The notes: generated by a model not told the origin, from the sequence alone. A DNA stretch of 64,000 bases from Candidatus Omnitrophota bacterium (GCA_035352955.1 DAOPYQ010000004.1:13381-77380), one strand, 5' to 3'. Positions 1 to 14,100 are shown, counted from the first letter of the stretch. A program made the numbers and translations.

Positions 1-493
1 TCACAGCACCGGTGGCGCCTCCGAGATTGGAAGGGTCAAGCCACACAAAATCGGAGAGATCCGTCCGCCCGAGATCAGCGGTAAATTCAATTCGCCAGTT
101 CTTCCCGCCCCTTACAACGCAATGGCCCAACACCCCGCCGTGGACCGAGCCTTTCGGCCGGACACCCGCGAACACGAAACGAACAGGTCGGGAACCGAGC
201 AAAAAATAGAGCGGGTCCAGGGATTCGAGGAATCGTATTTCGACCGGCACCGGGCCCTGCTTCGCCTTAAAGTTTCCGGTGATCCCAAAAATATGAAGTT
301 TGAAGTGAGGGTCGAGCGTTACTTTCCTGATGCGGATCGAATGATCGAAAAAGTCTTTTGCGCTCCGGTTAAGGATCTCCGTGGCAGCGGCTCGCGCGAT
401 GATGGAAAAATGCAGAACAATTCCGAGGACCAAAATCGTCAGGATCCCGAGGATCGCAAAGCCAACGTTCGTGCGCTTTTTCATGGCGCACAT
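1..493 (-). CDS. hypothetical membrane-anchored protein; 5' end in window, 3' end truncated by window start; absent from supplied ORF track (no in-window stop)
   Basis: Hand translation of the minus strand, in the phase of + triplets 2-4, 5-7 and so on. This phase is open from nt 643 down to the window edge. Met codons at 493 and 484 give MCAMKKRTNVGFAILGILTILVLGIVLHFSIIARAAATEILNRSAKDFFDHSIRIRKVTLDPHFKLHIFGITGNFKAKQGPVPVEIRFLESLDPLYFLL... This has a basic n-region and one hydrophobic helix, followed by a soluble domain. It explains the + strand shadow ORFs 12..209 and 122..580. Confidence 0.4.
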   Translation of the reverse strand, partial: MCAMKKRTNVGFAILGILTILVLGIVLHFSIIARAAATEILNRSAKDFFDHSIRIRKVTLDPHFKLHIFGITGNFKAKQGPVPVEIRFLESLDPLYFLLGSRPVRFVFAGVRPKGSVHGGVLGHCVVRGGKNWRIEFTADLGRTDLSDFVWLDPSNLGGATGAV

Positions 494-542
494 TCTATCA
501 CGGCAGCTCCGCAAAAGAAAAAAGTGCCCGGCGCCTATGTAT

Positions 543-1196
543 TTATTTTTCCGCGACCCGGGCGTAAACCTTCCGGGTGACCGGAAAGCGGTCTTCATAA
601 TAGGAGGCGTGGCGCTTGCCGGTGAACTTGGCATTGTAAGTGATCACAATATCCGCTTCACGGACGTTCGCGGGAACATCAGAAAACACGTAATAAATGT
701 ATCCCTTGCCGCCGGTCTCCCAAACAAACGGGAAATTCCCTTTTCCTTTGGGAAATTGGATCCCAGGCTCGCGTCCTTTTTCCATGGCCTCATCATAAAC
801 ACGTTCCGGTTCAAAAACCCGTCCGTCCCCGCCCGCGGTACGCTCGATCAGCCGAATGCCGTCCACCTGGACCCTGGCCTTCTGTTTTTTTGTGGCCATC
901 TCAAAATCCAGACTCCCGGTAAACGCAGTGTTCCCCGCAGCGTCACCCGCCTTCCGCGCCCCCGTGATCATCCCAACCCCCATAAACACATCCTCGACGG
1001 CAACATTCAAAAGACCTTTCCCTTTCTCGAACTGATACTGGATATCCTCCACCGCCACAGCACGACCAGAAGAATGCGCCGCCAATATCCCCTGCGCCCG
1101 CAAATAATGATACCCCGCAAAAAACAACAGGACCCCCACCAACACCGGAACGATGATCCGCAGAGACTTCATAGATTCCCCCTTTTCAGCCGTCAT
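543..1196 (-). CDS. hypothetical exported/signal-anchored protein
   Basis: 217-aa ORF. The likely real start is MKSLRIIVPVLVGVLLFFAGYHY (about 1172), an N-terminal hydrophobic helix. The rest is a Gly/Lys-rich soluble domain with no recognisable catalytic motif. The overlapping + ORF 381..1295 is Arg-rich antisense noise. Confidence 0.5.
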   Translation of the reverse strand: MTAEKGESMKSLRIIVPVLVGVLLFFAGYHYLRAQGILAAHSSGRAVAVEDIQYQFEKGKGLLNVAVEDVFMGVGMITGARKAGDAAGNTAFTGSLDFEMATKKQKARVQVDGIRLIERTAGGDGRVFEPERVYDEAMEKGREPGIQFPKGKGNFPFVWETGGKGYIYYVFSDVPANVREADIVITYNAKFTGKRHASYYEDRFPVTRKVYARVAEK

Positions 1197-1364
1197 GATG
1201 CTCGGTCTTTTGAGACTTCCCGCAGAACAAACATAACGGACAGCAGAGTGGTAGGGAACCTAAACTTCGGGATTTTCGGGAGAGAATCGTTTTAAAGAAG
1301 ATAAAAATCTACTGCGGGTAGGAATTAGCCAATAAAAAGATGCCTGGCACGTACTACGAATATA

Positions 1365-2126
1365 TCACCAAGGAAAATAATCAGATTGGATGACGGCTTT
1401 GGCCGCACGGCCCATGCAAACCTCGCCGGGTTTGGCATCGAGACAACCCTTGAAACCTTCTTCCTTATCCTGCTTAAAAGCCTGTCTGACAAGGAAATAA
1501 GGCTCCTTGCTCCCGGGACGATGCAAATTATATCCGGACTTCTTCTCCCAATACTTCAGGACCTCATCACAAAATGCGATCCCGCCGTCTGCGTCCCCAA
1601 TATAATCATAAAGATAAATAATCTTACTGGTAATGATCGGAATATAAACCGAAACATAAGCCTTCGGCGGAAGCATGTCTTTATATTTCTCGCGAAAATA
1701 CTTAATTGCTTTATAAATTGGAACTGGATCTTTTTCAGCCCTTGCTTCTCCTAATGCTTTTAACTCCAATCGATTATCTTCATATTCCTGTTTATTAGGA
1801 TTTAGTCTTAAAAACCATTCAGCCTCTTCGAGAGCTTCATTATATTTTCCCTGTAGACGATGCACTCCCATAATTCCCGCCAACGGAAGACATTTGTCGC
1901 TTTCTTTTAGGATGAATCGAGGAGCAAGTGCTTCTTGAAATTTTATGATAGCTTGGTCGTAAATACTTTTTTTAACTAGCTGGCGTCCCTCAAACTCAAT
2001 ACTACTTTGTTCCAAAGCTCGCACATCAAGTCCCGAAGAGCTTCCCGTTTTTTCTCCGCAAAATCCTTGTCTGAAGGTAACCCCGATAATTAAAACGAGA
2101 CAAACGATTTTATAGATAGCTTTCAT
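1365..2126 (-). CDS. secreted TPR-like hypothetical protein; start codon overlaps stop of giant gene 1
   Basis: The N-terminus MKAIYKIVCLVLIIGVTF is a signal peptide. TPR-like helical text follows (YNEALEEAEWFLRLNPNKQEYEDNRLELKALGEA). The ATG at 2124-2126 overlaps the TGA at 2123-2125 of the giant ORF as an ATGA junction. Confidence 0.5.
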   Translation of the reverse strand: MKAIYKIVCLVLIIGVTFRQGFCGEKTGSSSGLDVRALEQSSIEFEGRQLVKKSIYDQAIIKFQEALAPRFILKESDKCLPLAGIMGVHRLQGKYNEALEEAEWFLRLNPNKQEYEDNRLELKALGEARAEKDPVPIYKAIKYFREKYKDMLPPKAYVSVYIPIITSKIIYLYDYIGDADGGIAFCDEVLKYWEKKSGYNLHRPGSKEPYFLVRQAFKQDKEEGFKGCLDAKPGEVCMGRAAKAVIQSDYFPW

Positions 2127-5100
2127 GGATCTATCACCCAAACTTTCCGCACGGCATCATAAGAAGCCTTATTGCTATTACGAAGAAATGCATAAAGTTC
2201 GGTTGAAGAAGTACTGTGAATGATTAATTGAGTCACAAACTCATTAACGGCCGGCATATTCAAGGTAGTATTATCGCGTGTGAAGTAGTTGGAATGGCCG
2301 CAGCCTTTAATCTCGATATTAAACAACTGCTTGATCGGTTGACCATTGGCATCTCGTTGTCCTTCGACGGTGAATCCCGCCAGTTCTGAGCGGTACCCGC
2401 CAATTCCTGTCCTTACCAAGATATCATTGCTGCCGTAAACATTCACCAACATTCCGACCCCTGTGCTGAGCAATGAAGGAAGCTGTACGGTCGAAGGGAT
2501 ATTCTGCGTGATCGTTGAAACAGCCTCGATGAGCAGATCCATGGCGGGATCCACCAGCCCATGATCAAGCGCCTGCAAGATCGGATCCAGAACATACCCG
2601 ATCCCAAGCAGCCTTAGCAGATCGCCAAGCCCGTCCACTGTCTTGGCAAGCACCAATTCGGCGCTTTTCAGAATCATATCCACCGTATCTTTTGCCAAAC
2701 TGAGCGTCGCCGCTCCGATCCCCACCAGGCTCTTGAACGCGTAATTCGTCTGGGACGCCGTTTCCAAAAGCGGCAAGAATCCTCCCGAAAATCCCATGCC
2801 AACGATCGCTCTCGTCGCATCCGCAGGACGCATTTGAAAGCTCGCCGTCAGCATGGCTTTGATCTGCGAAACCAGAAATAACCGGTTTGCCGGTATTTGC
2901 GACTCCAAAGCCCAGGAAACGGCATCTTTAGTAACATCAACAATACTTCCATCATATTGTTTCAAATAAACAGGCGTTGTCAAAATATCAGACGGAAGGA
3001 TCGTACTATTATTCTTGTTCACAAGATCCACGCTAAGATTCTGGATATAATCCGGCAGAACGCCCACGCTAGTCTGCGGATTATTGATACCATTTGTCAG
3101 AACGAACAAAGGCCTTGCTCTTCCTTCGGAGGATGTGCCCACATTACCGGTTTGAATCTGAACATCAACTTTCTGCAAAATCCCGCTCTGGAACAGAAAC
3201 TGAAAACCCAGCGCCACAAAATTGAACAGTCCGGACCAAAAAGAAACCCCTGAAGGATCATGAGGATCGCTTCCCGGACCTTGAATAACGATCGGACCCC
3301 CACTTTGCTCGGAGCCACCCTCCAGGATCATCACGCCTGACTTTGAAACGGTCATATACTGCAATTGTCCGTTAACGATCTCTCCGGAGAATATCAATCC
3401 CTGGGCAAATTCCGCGATAACTTTGCCGGCCAAAAGGGCCCATTTGCCGGCGGAGTTGACGCCAAAAGTGCCGAGTTGGGTCACGCCGTTTTCTTTTTTC
3501 CCGATAAAGTTCCCGAGCAAATCGAAAAAGATCGAAGTGGAACCGTCCAACTGCTGTTCAAACCCCCGCTGCCCATCCGGAAGCGTCGTCAGGTGTCTCG
3601 AGGTATCACACAAGAGATGCGATATTCCCCCCAGACTTAAAAGTTTTTCCAAAGTGCTACGGCTGAAGATCGCCGAAGCCAAAGACTCGACGGCCCCGAT
3701 CAATCCCTTTTCCAGGATCAGGTCTCTGAAATCCCGCAGCCCCTGGAGAGCCATCTGGACGGTACTTTTCACGAAATTGAAGGGCGCCAGAATCGCGTTC
3801 TTCAGAATATCCAGGATTCCGCCGAACAGATCGTCGGCGTCCAAAACCCCGCCGATCGAGCCCAGAATATTCCCGCTTAACAAAGAACCAAAGAGAGGAT
3901 CGGAAGTTGCCCCGTCAAAGCAGAATCCGACCTGTTGAATGCCGTTGACCAGCGAATTCTTGATCGAATCCCACAAAGATCCGGTATCGAAGGGATTCGT
4001 TACATAGATCGGCGTCCCATCGTCACGATAACCGGAGACCGTCCCCGAAAAACGAGCCGTAACATTTCCAACGACCGCAGAGATCTGCAACCCCAGAAGC
4101 TTTGTCAAAACAGAACTCATACCCATCGACCGGCCGATCAATTCGAGACCGCCAAGGGTCAATTGGGAAGCCACCTGGGGAAGGATCCCGGTGAAAGCCT
4201 TGAGGTCGAGGGTATAGTTATCGAAGAAAGACCGGAGGCCGGTCATTGCGACAAGCGAAAGCGTGCCCGCGACCGGCGGCGCAAGACCCAGATGTGCCGC
4301 CAATTCCGAGACGCCCTGCACCGCAAGTTTCTCAAGCCCCGTCCGGATAAAACCCGTCCCCGTCTGCCCGATCCCGAGAAACCCGCCGCCCACAAACGCA
4401 CCTGCAAGCTGGCACAACACCGGATCAAGCCCGAACCCTTCAAGGCCCTTTGCGATGCCGAAATTCAGACCGGCCGATATCAACTGCCTCGCCGCATTCT
4501 GGGCGAACGTAAATTTATGCCCCACGACAACCCCGTTCTTCACGATCTCCTGCGCCGGATCCAGAAGAAAAATCTTCATCTTCGAGATCCCGGCACCCAA
4601 ACTTCCGAACCCTCCCGCGAAACCTCCTTTCAAAAATTCGAATCCGTCCATAATAAACCGGCCAACCGACTTCACGGACGTCCACAAAGCCTTCCCGACA
4701 TACGCGATCCCCTGCTTGACCGCGCCGAAGATCCCGTTTTGTGAAATACTGGAAAACACCATCTTGAGGCCCTGGACCACGAACTGACCAAGGCTCGCAA
4801 CGATCCCGATGATCCCCGCCACCATCGCCGCATAACCAAGGATCTTGCCAAATGTCGGGCTGAAGAACGACGCGACCACGGACGCGGCCGTCAGCACAAG
4901 GCTTGCGACAAACGCCCAGAAAATAATGTCGTCGATAATGAAAAACGATCCGCGGACTCTCATCGCCTCCTGGTCGGAAAGTTTCCGTTCCGCAAGCGCC
5001 CGGTCTTCCGAGACCATCAGATAACCGGAATTTTCTTTCACAAGCCAGATCTTGAGAAAATTTTCACGGCTGCTCGTGACGTCCTCACCGTTGGCGCCTT

Positions 5101-8100
5101 TTCCGGTCTCTTCGTAAGTGATTTCCGTTTCGGTCACGCGCTTCACCACCACAAAGTGGTCCTCCCCCACATGCGCGATCGCGCGCAGGGAACAAGCCGC
5201 CTGAGGATCCGGACAGGCGCTCCGGTAAAGCCCGAGAAGGTCCTGGTAGGAATATTTCACGGAGGCAACGTCCCGGGCATGGATCGCCGCGGCGCGATCC
5301 AAGGCGAACATTGAGATCACAAGATCGCCTTCAGAAAACTTGTGGATCGTTCCGGTCAGGATATCGATCAGGATCGTTTCCCTTCCGAGCGTTTCCATCG
5401 GAACCTCCGACCCCTGAGACGCGAGCAATTCCTTCAGCGACAGGAACGCGGACTGCCCGAAATGAAGATCGCGGCTTTCGAGCCAGGCAAGGATCCCGGC
5501 GACCTCCTCCGCGTCCAGCGCGACCGCTTCCGAATCGCCAAGATGGAGCGTGCCGAGCATTTCCGTTTTTATTTCCGGGGCCGCCGCAAGATAACTTTCC
5601 AGAAACTCCCGGACTCCCTGAACGATCACAGCTTTCTGGTTCTCCCGGGCCGTCCTCTCCGGAGAACTTTGGAGTTCGTTTTCGAGCTCCGCGATATCCA
5701 ACCGCCCGGCAACCTTCGACCGCTCAACCCATGCGCCGCGCTCCTGCGTAGACGCATCCCGGCCGAGGATCCGCCTGTAAAAATCCGTCAGGACCGGCTC
5801 CATCTCCTGATGCAGGATCTCCAGCAAAAAAGACTCTTTCTGTTCCAGGAGCTCGAGCATCTTCCCGGCCGTTGCCTGTTCGATCTCGAGTTGTTTTGCG
5901 AGCATTGCTCCGGGGATCAGCGCCAGCTGGTCCTGTCCCGTATGGATCAAATCGGCCCGCTGTCCGGCCAGCCGGTTGATCGCGTCTTGAACGCCCGGAA
6001 CCTCGTAAGTCCGTTCTTCGCAACTTTTCCAAAAAAGGATCCTGCGGCAATGCTTGACGGTCTGAAAACGCTGCGACTCGAGGCTTGAAATCTGGCTGTT
6101 GATCCCGGCGACACCGGCATCGACATTTTCCGCGACCTGGGCCCGCGCCACTTCGTCCTGCCAAGCCAACCGGTAGAGCGCATCGAACTTCGCCTGCTCG
6201 ATCTGCTCGGCGAGACGCTGGGCTTCGGACTCAAAATCTTGCCGCGACCTGACAAGCGTGATCCGGCTAAGCGTCATGTCCTCCTCGTTCCGGCAACCGG
6301 CCGCCGGACACGCATACTCATGAACGCTCAAAAGCTCGCCGCTCTCACCGAACGTTTCGCGCACTTTCCCGAATTCGTAGTACGAGCTGATGCCGTCGAG
6401 CCGCCGGGAAAAAACAATGCGGTCCTGCGCGTCATAGACCGTTACTGACTGCATGTCCCTCGCGGCCTTGAGAGGGGCATAGGCTTTCAGAAATTCAGAG
6501 TACGGTTGGCCAATGTCGTGCGCTATCTTGAGGAGCATGCCCATGCCTCCGAAAAGAGGCTCCTGTCCCGGAACAAGACTACGCGTGACCGTACTTTCGG
6601 TCACGGTCGAAAACGCATCCGCGCCGGTTCTCTCGGCTCCCTGCCCCGTCTCCAGACTTTCATTACCGAAAAAGCTCCACTTGCTGTTATGGGCAGCCGC
6701 CTCACGGATCCCACCCGCTCCGAGTCCTTCAAAAAAAGTTAGGATCTCATTTCCGGCGTTCGCAAAGGCGGGGTCCGAAACCACCGCCGCGACCGAATCA
6801 CCGGCCTTGATCCCCGCAAGAAAATGCTTGAGCCCAAGCTTGCCCCCTTCGGACGAAAAACTTCCGGAATAAACATCCCACTGGTTCGTCGCTTCTTCAT
6901 AGACTCCGACCAGAAAACCGTCCCCGCTGTGCACCGCCGTCTCAACGCCGGAGTCCATCAGTTTTTGATCCGCTCCCGCGGTCAATCCGACTTCCTTCGG
7001 GAACGGAACACCGTTAAAAGAGACTTGGCGACGCTCAAGGTCCGTATAACCGGTCACTTCATCCTGAGAATCCCGCGCATAGGTAAAAAGATGCGTAACA
7101 CCATTCGCCGCTTCCGTTTTAACAAGTTCGCCTGCGGGGTTATAGGTGAATGTCGTTTCTCCGGATTTTAAACTGAATCCAAGCCAGGTTCCGTCCTGTC
7201 CCTGAAGCAGGTCGCCCCCGGCGGTCTCCGGCAGCAAGGATTCAAAAACTTCTCCGTTCGACAACCGGCCACGGACCGGAACATAGTTTTCGATCTCGAG
7301 GATTAACCCGTCCGGAAACTGTATCTGTCCGCTCCGCACGCGCTGTTCCTCATCGAAGGTGAGATTGACGCCTTGGGTTCCGGAAGCGAGATGGATCTCC
7401 GACTTTCCGGCGCCGTCCCAAAGGATCCACGAACCGTCCGTTGATTCATACCCTTTCAGGCTCACGGCCCGCAATCCCTCCCCGGCAAAAAGTGCATTCT
7501 TGTAATCCTCCGGGGGAAGCGTCGAACCGGGAGAAAATTCCTGCACATAATCCGAATATTCGTAAAGAAAACCGTCACGCGTCATATGCCTGATCAGATT
7601 TCCGTTCGCGTCATAAAACCACGTCGTTCCCCGCTCATCCGTAACCTGGGTTTCCTTTCCGCGAAACAGGTACTGCGTGCTATTCAGCACCCGGTTGTTA
7701 TACGTAAGTTCCGCGCCTAAAAGTTCCCCGTCTTGATAGCTATAACGCGTCTCGATACGGTCCGGATTCACCGCAGTCAAAAGTTTCCCGTCCTTGAACC
7801 GGCGCTCCTCTCCGCTTCGCGCGTCCTTGAAAACCGTGATCTCTTTTCCGTCCGGATCAAATTCGAAGGACAGATCGTACTGCCGGCCGTCCGCCTGCGT
7901 GATCCTCCGGAGAGCGCCGTAGGTATAGTTCATCGTCCCGCCGCCGGAGGCTTCTCCCGGACCGAGGATCGTCCCCTGGGCCGTATTTTGTTCCGCGGAA
8001 TATTCATTCACGGTCCCGTCCGGCAAAATCACGCGGCGGACGGTCTGACCCATAAGCTGGATCTGGCTCCCGTCGAAACGGGTAAAATCGGTCAACTGAA

Positions 8101-11100
8101 GGGAGTCCCGGGACGCTCCCGAATAATGCAAAAGAGAAGGCGTGTCCAGCCATGCCACGAGCTGTTCGTAAACGATCGGATCCGCGGAAGCGACTTCAGC
8201 CCCTACCGACGCAAGCTGATCCGCCTCGATCTTGAGATTTTGCAATTCTCCGCTCGTGATCCCGAGACGGTCTTCCCACAGCGGGCGAACGATCTTGTTT
8301 ATCGCCATAAAGGAAAGATCCTTCAAATAAACCGCCCCCGTTTTCCCGATCCCATCGCCTTGGCGGATCGCCTCCAGCGTGATTTCCGTCTCAAAACCGG
8401 AGATGTCCTGAAGAGGAAAAACAAAAGTCTGGTAGTCTCGCGTCAGCGGACCCGCCGAAAAAGAGGCGACCGGATTCCCGCTGCCATTTTTTATCATCAC
8501 CAGGAACTGCTGGTTCCAATCCATCGAAGGATCTTGCTTCAGGGTCACGCCTAAAAAATCATAGCGCGACAGATCGGCCGGAACGTTCCCGTTCTTGACC
8601 GACAATCCGAGTTCCGCGCCGTATTCGCTTTTGTAACAGAATTGATAACGGGCCAGGGCCTGAACCCCGAAATCCCCTTTTTCCCCCTGCGTGACTTCGC
8701 CATCAGCGAGATCTCCCACGCTAAAACCGCTTACCGTATCCGCAACCGGCACCGCACTGAGAGGAGGTTCTTTGAGAAGATATTTTTTTTCGAGAGAGCG
8801 CTCCGGCCGCAAGAGAAATTCCGAAAGCGACATCGACCGGAACAATGTCTGCGACTGACCCGTCACAGGGTCGACAACAATTTCGTCAAAATAGACTTTG
8901 ACGGCAAGCAGATCCGTCTCGTCCCAGGATAACTGATACATCAGGTAGGCCTTACTGTTCCCCGGAACCTCGATCGCGGTGATCCTGGAATTTTCATAAA
9001 AGACCTTGACCCCGTCCCCGACATCGATCCCCTGCGCCGCGCTCTGATCGATCCTGAAGGAAGTGCCATCGTCAAGAACCGCGTCCGCCCGGAGCAGCGT
9101 CCCGTCATCGGCAAATTGCGGCGCGAGCAACGTCCCCCCGTCCGTCTGGATCGAAGATATCCCGCCGTTGGCGAAATGAACGATCGCCCCTTCTTCGACC
9201 ATGGTCTGCAATTTGCCATCCGCCCCGAAAACTTTTTTGCTGTCGTTCTCCTGAACGACAAAAGAGCGGATCTGGCCCCGCAGCGTCTTGTCGTAATAGA
9301 AACGCCCGACCTCCAGTTTGCCGCGGGCGAGCTCGATCACAAAGGTCGCGAGTCCGTCCTCAAAAAGCACGGTCCGCCCATTCTTGAAGACCCACTTCAC
9401 GAGCTGCCCGTTCAGAAAATACTGGATCCCTCCGTCCGCCAGCTTCAAAACCCCGTTGATCAGTTTCCCCGATGCGTCGATCGTAAAATTCTCGAGCACT
9501 TCCTCCCGCGTGCCCCCCTGGCCGCCCGCGACCTGGTTGGAGATCATGCCCCGGATCAAAGCCTGCATGTCGCTTCCGGTTTTTCCGAGTAAAAGCTCCC
9601 AGTCGATCGTATTCGAGCGCCGGACCTTCAAGGCCGAAAGCGGCCCGAGGAAAACATCCCCCGCGACGGGCTGTCCGTCCTCCGGCTGCATCGAAATGGC
9701 CAGTTGGGACAGGGTGTCCCCCGATTTCGGAACGGGGATCGAAACGTATTGCCACTCATGCGTCAGCGGCTCCGTCACAAAGATCTGCCCGAGTCCCTTG
9801 AATTCGAACTTCAACCGGACTTTTTCCGGGGTTTCAAAACCCAGCTTGACCGGAACAGAAAGGAAATCATATTCCGAAAAATCTTTGCCGCTATAATTCG
9901 CCCAGACCCCGACGGGCCATTCGGAAGAAATAAAATTAAAACTTAACCGGCGCACCTCCCCCGCCAAGGGATCCATCGTCGACATGCTCCGCGAAAACCC
10001 CTTGCCGGGAGTGTAAAAAACGCCCTGGGAATCCGCGCCGTCCAAAACATCCGCCTCCATCCCGGCGAGAAGCGCGGTCGCGGTCCCCGCGTGTTTCGGA
10101 GAAAGAAAATATTCCTGGAGGTTCATCCTCCTGAGATTTTCTCCCTCGCCGAATTCAATCTCGATATGGTGGAACTCCCCTCCCACCGTCAGATAGTTAT
10201 AGATATGTCCTTCGCCGAACTCCGGGTCGGAAAGGACGGGGACGAATGCCGGTTGTTTGACAAGTCCCGCGGCAAGTCCGTCCGGGCTCGCGCTGGCGCC
10301 GTTGTAGAGCCGCGCCGCGCTTCCGCCAAAATCAGGCGGCTCGGGATTCGCCGCGATCAGGGGATTCAGCTTGAAACTCATTCCCCCATACAAGGAATCG
10401 AAGGACTGATGCGCATCTGTGATCCGGAGATAACGATCAAAATAATCCTGACTCGTCCGGAGCAGCGATAGAATGAAAGCGGCCTGATCCACCCCGTAGT
10501 ATTGATCCGAATACACGGGCGCGATACCGTCCCCGGACTGGATGGCGTCGACAAAGCCCGCGGAGGTACGCATCCCGGGAAATGCCGCTTCAAGATTTTT
10601 GAGAAACTGCAGTGAATAATGCGGAGCGAGCGGGAACGCCGCAGCCGTCCCGTAAATGGAACCGATATCCGTTTTCAGCACATCGTCGGTCTCCGCGCCC
10701 GCGGGCAGACCGATCTTTCCATCGTACCCCTCGCCGGGAACATCGCCGGCCGAAAGAAGCCCCGGAGTCCCGTGAGCCGCCGCGAATTCCGCTTGCGCGT
10801 ACAGAAAATTCCGGAGAGCCGCGTTAAACTCCGGATACTGGGTTTCGTCGACATGGATGAGGGGCCAGAACATCTGAAAAGCGCCACCGTCATACGGAAC
10901 CGCCAGGTCCACCGCATCCCCCCGGGAAGTTTCAAAAGGACGGATCGCCAGATCAAGGTTTTGCAGAGCTTCGGCATACTGCGGGTATTTCGTAACAAGC
11001 CATACCATACCGGTGCGGAATTCATTAAAGACGCGGTCGATATAGTAGTCGCCGACCGGCTGCCAAACACCCGTCTGCGGATCGCGCGCATAAGCTCCTC

Positions 11101-14100
11101 GAAAACGTTTTTGCACGGGATCATAAAATCGGGCATATCCCGCTTCCTGAACCGCCAAAATCGCGTTGGCCGATGCAAGGATCTGGCTCCGGGAAGCCGA
11201 AAATTCCGGAGCCACCGGAACATCCTCTAGAGCCCCAATGACGCTCGCGAGACTCACGGAAAGATTTAACGTATCCCCGAACCCTACCTGATTCGAAAAA
11301 CTCTCGTACCGGAAAGCTATCCGCTTCTGCCCGGTCGGCTTCCCGTAAGCATCCAGAATATTTTCCTCATACGGAATGATCTTGAAAAACGCGACCATCC
11401 CATTCCAACCGGCCTGCTGCTGAACCTTCTGGTAGGTTTCGAGAAGCTCCTGGAGCTTCGCAAAAGCATCCGAACGGGACATTTTTGAGGTTGTGTAATC
11501 ACCGGCCGCGATCGCCGCCAGAATTTCGGCCCAAAAACCGATCAGCGTCGCCTGGCTGTAATCAGACTGTTGCGACACAGACCCGATGAAATTATCCAGC
11601 GGCAGTCCGGTCCCTTCGTGGATCCCTTTTCCGTTCATGAAATAGTCAAGCTGGAACTCGACCAGTTCGTTCCGGTACGATGCCTCCGCCGCCGTCAGCG
11701 GTTCCGCGGGAACCGCGGGTTCGGGAGGAGGAACCGTTAAAGTCTCCCCTGAAAATTCGAGGATCTGCCCCGAAGCCGTGACTTGCTTGACGATCTTGTC
11801 GTTCTCGATCAGGTACTGCGTTCCGTCATCAAAAAACAACTCCCCCGAAAAAATGCTTCCGTTCGCGTCCACGGTCAGGGAGCGGAGCTGAGCCCCGGTC
11901 AATTGTATAAGAGGAACAAAAAATCGCCCCTCGAGAAGCTCGGGCGTTTCGACAAAATCCGCGGGAACGCCCTTGTTCTGCGTATATCTCACAGGCTTCC
12001 CATACTCAAAATCCACCCGCCCTCCGCCCGGGATCTCGACCGAGACAAGCGCGGTGGTACGTTCCGTGACGCCCTGCTCGTTCTTTCCTTCGCTCACGTA
12101 ATAAGTCCTGCCATCCTCCATGGAGGTCAAACTCTCATTGTTGCCGGGATAAACGGTCACATTCCCTTCGGCGTCTTCCCTCCGCACGATCTTCCGGGTC
12201 TCGCAAATCTCTTTCGATCCGTCCGCATAAGTCCGCGTAAAATTCATCAGCGTGCTGCCATACCAGTAAAGATCCTCCAGCACGCTTCCATCATTCAAGC
12301 GGACTTGCTGAAGCGTTGAATCTGATACCCGGAAAAACGTTCCGTCACTCATCCGGATCCCGCTAAGTTGTCCCGCGGCGTCATAGACCTGCTCAAAATC
12401 GGCTGCCTCCGACGCAAAAGAAAAGAGGTCCTGTCCGCCGGGGATCTGGCTTTGAATATTCAAAAAATCTCCCGCTTGATTGAGAAACGACACGAGGGAT
12501 CCGTTCTCGAGCGCAAGGATCTCCCCACGGATCGAAATCACTTTTTTCATATCGCCCGCGGGACCGTATTCGATCGTTCGGGAAAGCTCTTGTTCCAGAG
12601 TCTTTTGGACGGAAGGGTAGTTCGCAAGGTCGGCCAGAACCGTCTCAAGAGGGACCGCCGCGCTTATTCCGGCGCACTCGACGGAAACCAGCTCCGAACG
12701 GTAGCCCTGCAACGTACTTCCCTGGTTCAAAATAGAGACTTCATAGTGAAAGACATTTCCGGCCGTATCGGTATAAGTTTCCAGAAAACCGTCCTGATAG
12801 AAGATGGCCGGCCCGTCGGTTTTCCTGATCCACACCGGCCTTCCCTTTTCATCATAGAGGCTCGTGACACCTTCTTCGAAACTAAGCATGGAGAGAACCT
12901 CTCCCGCATCGTCAAGCTGGTACGCGAACCGAATTTTCTTACCGTCCGCCGTCAGGACGTACGCGGCGGTACCGTCCCCGTTATAAACGGTTTTTTCACC
13001 GGCCTGTGACAAACGGTACACCGCTTTTCCATTCTGATAAAGAAGCCGGTCCCCGTTGGCAAAAAGCAGTACGCCGCCCAACAGATTCTGTTCTTCATCG
13101 AACAGCGGAGAAAAGAGCGTGAATTCATCTTTTTTTTCGATCGCGAAAAGCGTGCTGCCCTGATACTTAAGGACTAATCCGTTGGCGGCGGTCAGGGAGA
13201 CAAGATTCTGAGGAAGCCCGGACACCGACGGCATCGCGGGAAGCGGCGCTTCCGATTGGTTCAACATCACGGAATATTCGGAAAAAGTCTGCAAGGTTCC
13301 GGCCGTAGCGCAGACCATGAGCCGGTTCTCGCCCGGCTGAAGCCGCCAAAACTCCTGATGCTCGACCCCTTCCACGGAATAACGGAAAAGATAGTAAGGA
13401 TCCGCCGTACTGCCGTCGGAGAGGAATTGGACTGTGGGACGGATCGGTGCCGTGACAAAACGGATAACATCCGAAAAACCGGAAATATTCCCGGCCTCGT
13501 CCCGGACCTGGCAAAGAACTTCTTTACTTCCCTCGCCTTCAGGAAGCAGGACAACTTTCATGGCATTGTACGTTTCCCAGTCCGTCCAATGCTCCCCGCC
13601 GTCCAATGAAAATCGAAGATCCTTTAGTGGCACCGCATCGGCTACCGCAACATCAAGCACAACCGCGCGCGACCCGGTTTCTTCGTCCCCGTCATTGATC
13701 CGGAGCAACCCCGCGGGCGGCGTCTGATCCAGGGTCACGGTCACATTTTTCACTGCCGTGTTACCAAAAATATCCGCGGCTTCGAGCGTAAAAACGTTTC
13801 GCCCTTCGGTCAGCTGCCGGCTTTCTTTTTTTTCAATGCCCTCCACGGAATAGACAAGTTCAAAATCCGGCCGGTTGACAAAAAGCGGCCCGGAAAGGAC
13901 CTCGATCCCGGGCGGCGTGGTATCAAGCACCGCACGACCGTCGTTATAAAACTCCTCAGTCGACCCTTCCTCATAAAAGATCCGGAAACCGTCAAGCGTC
14001 GCGTCTCCCATGATAGGCTTTACAAAGTTGGCGACCCCGACCGAGTCCGCGCGCGCAAGAGCCACGTCTAACGTCTTCGAGATATAAAAACCTCGCGCGA

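Noticed and set aside
122-1295. + strand ORFs 122..580 and 381..1295 at the window start
   Set aside because: They overlap better minus-strand genes (the partial gene 1..493 and 543..1196) that have signal or anchor helices. The + ORFs are R/P-rich shadows.
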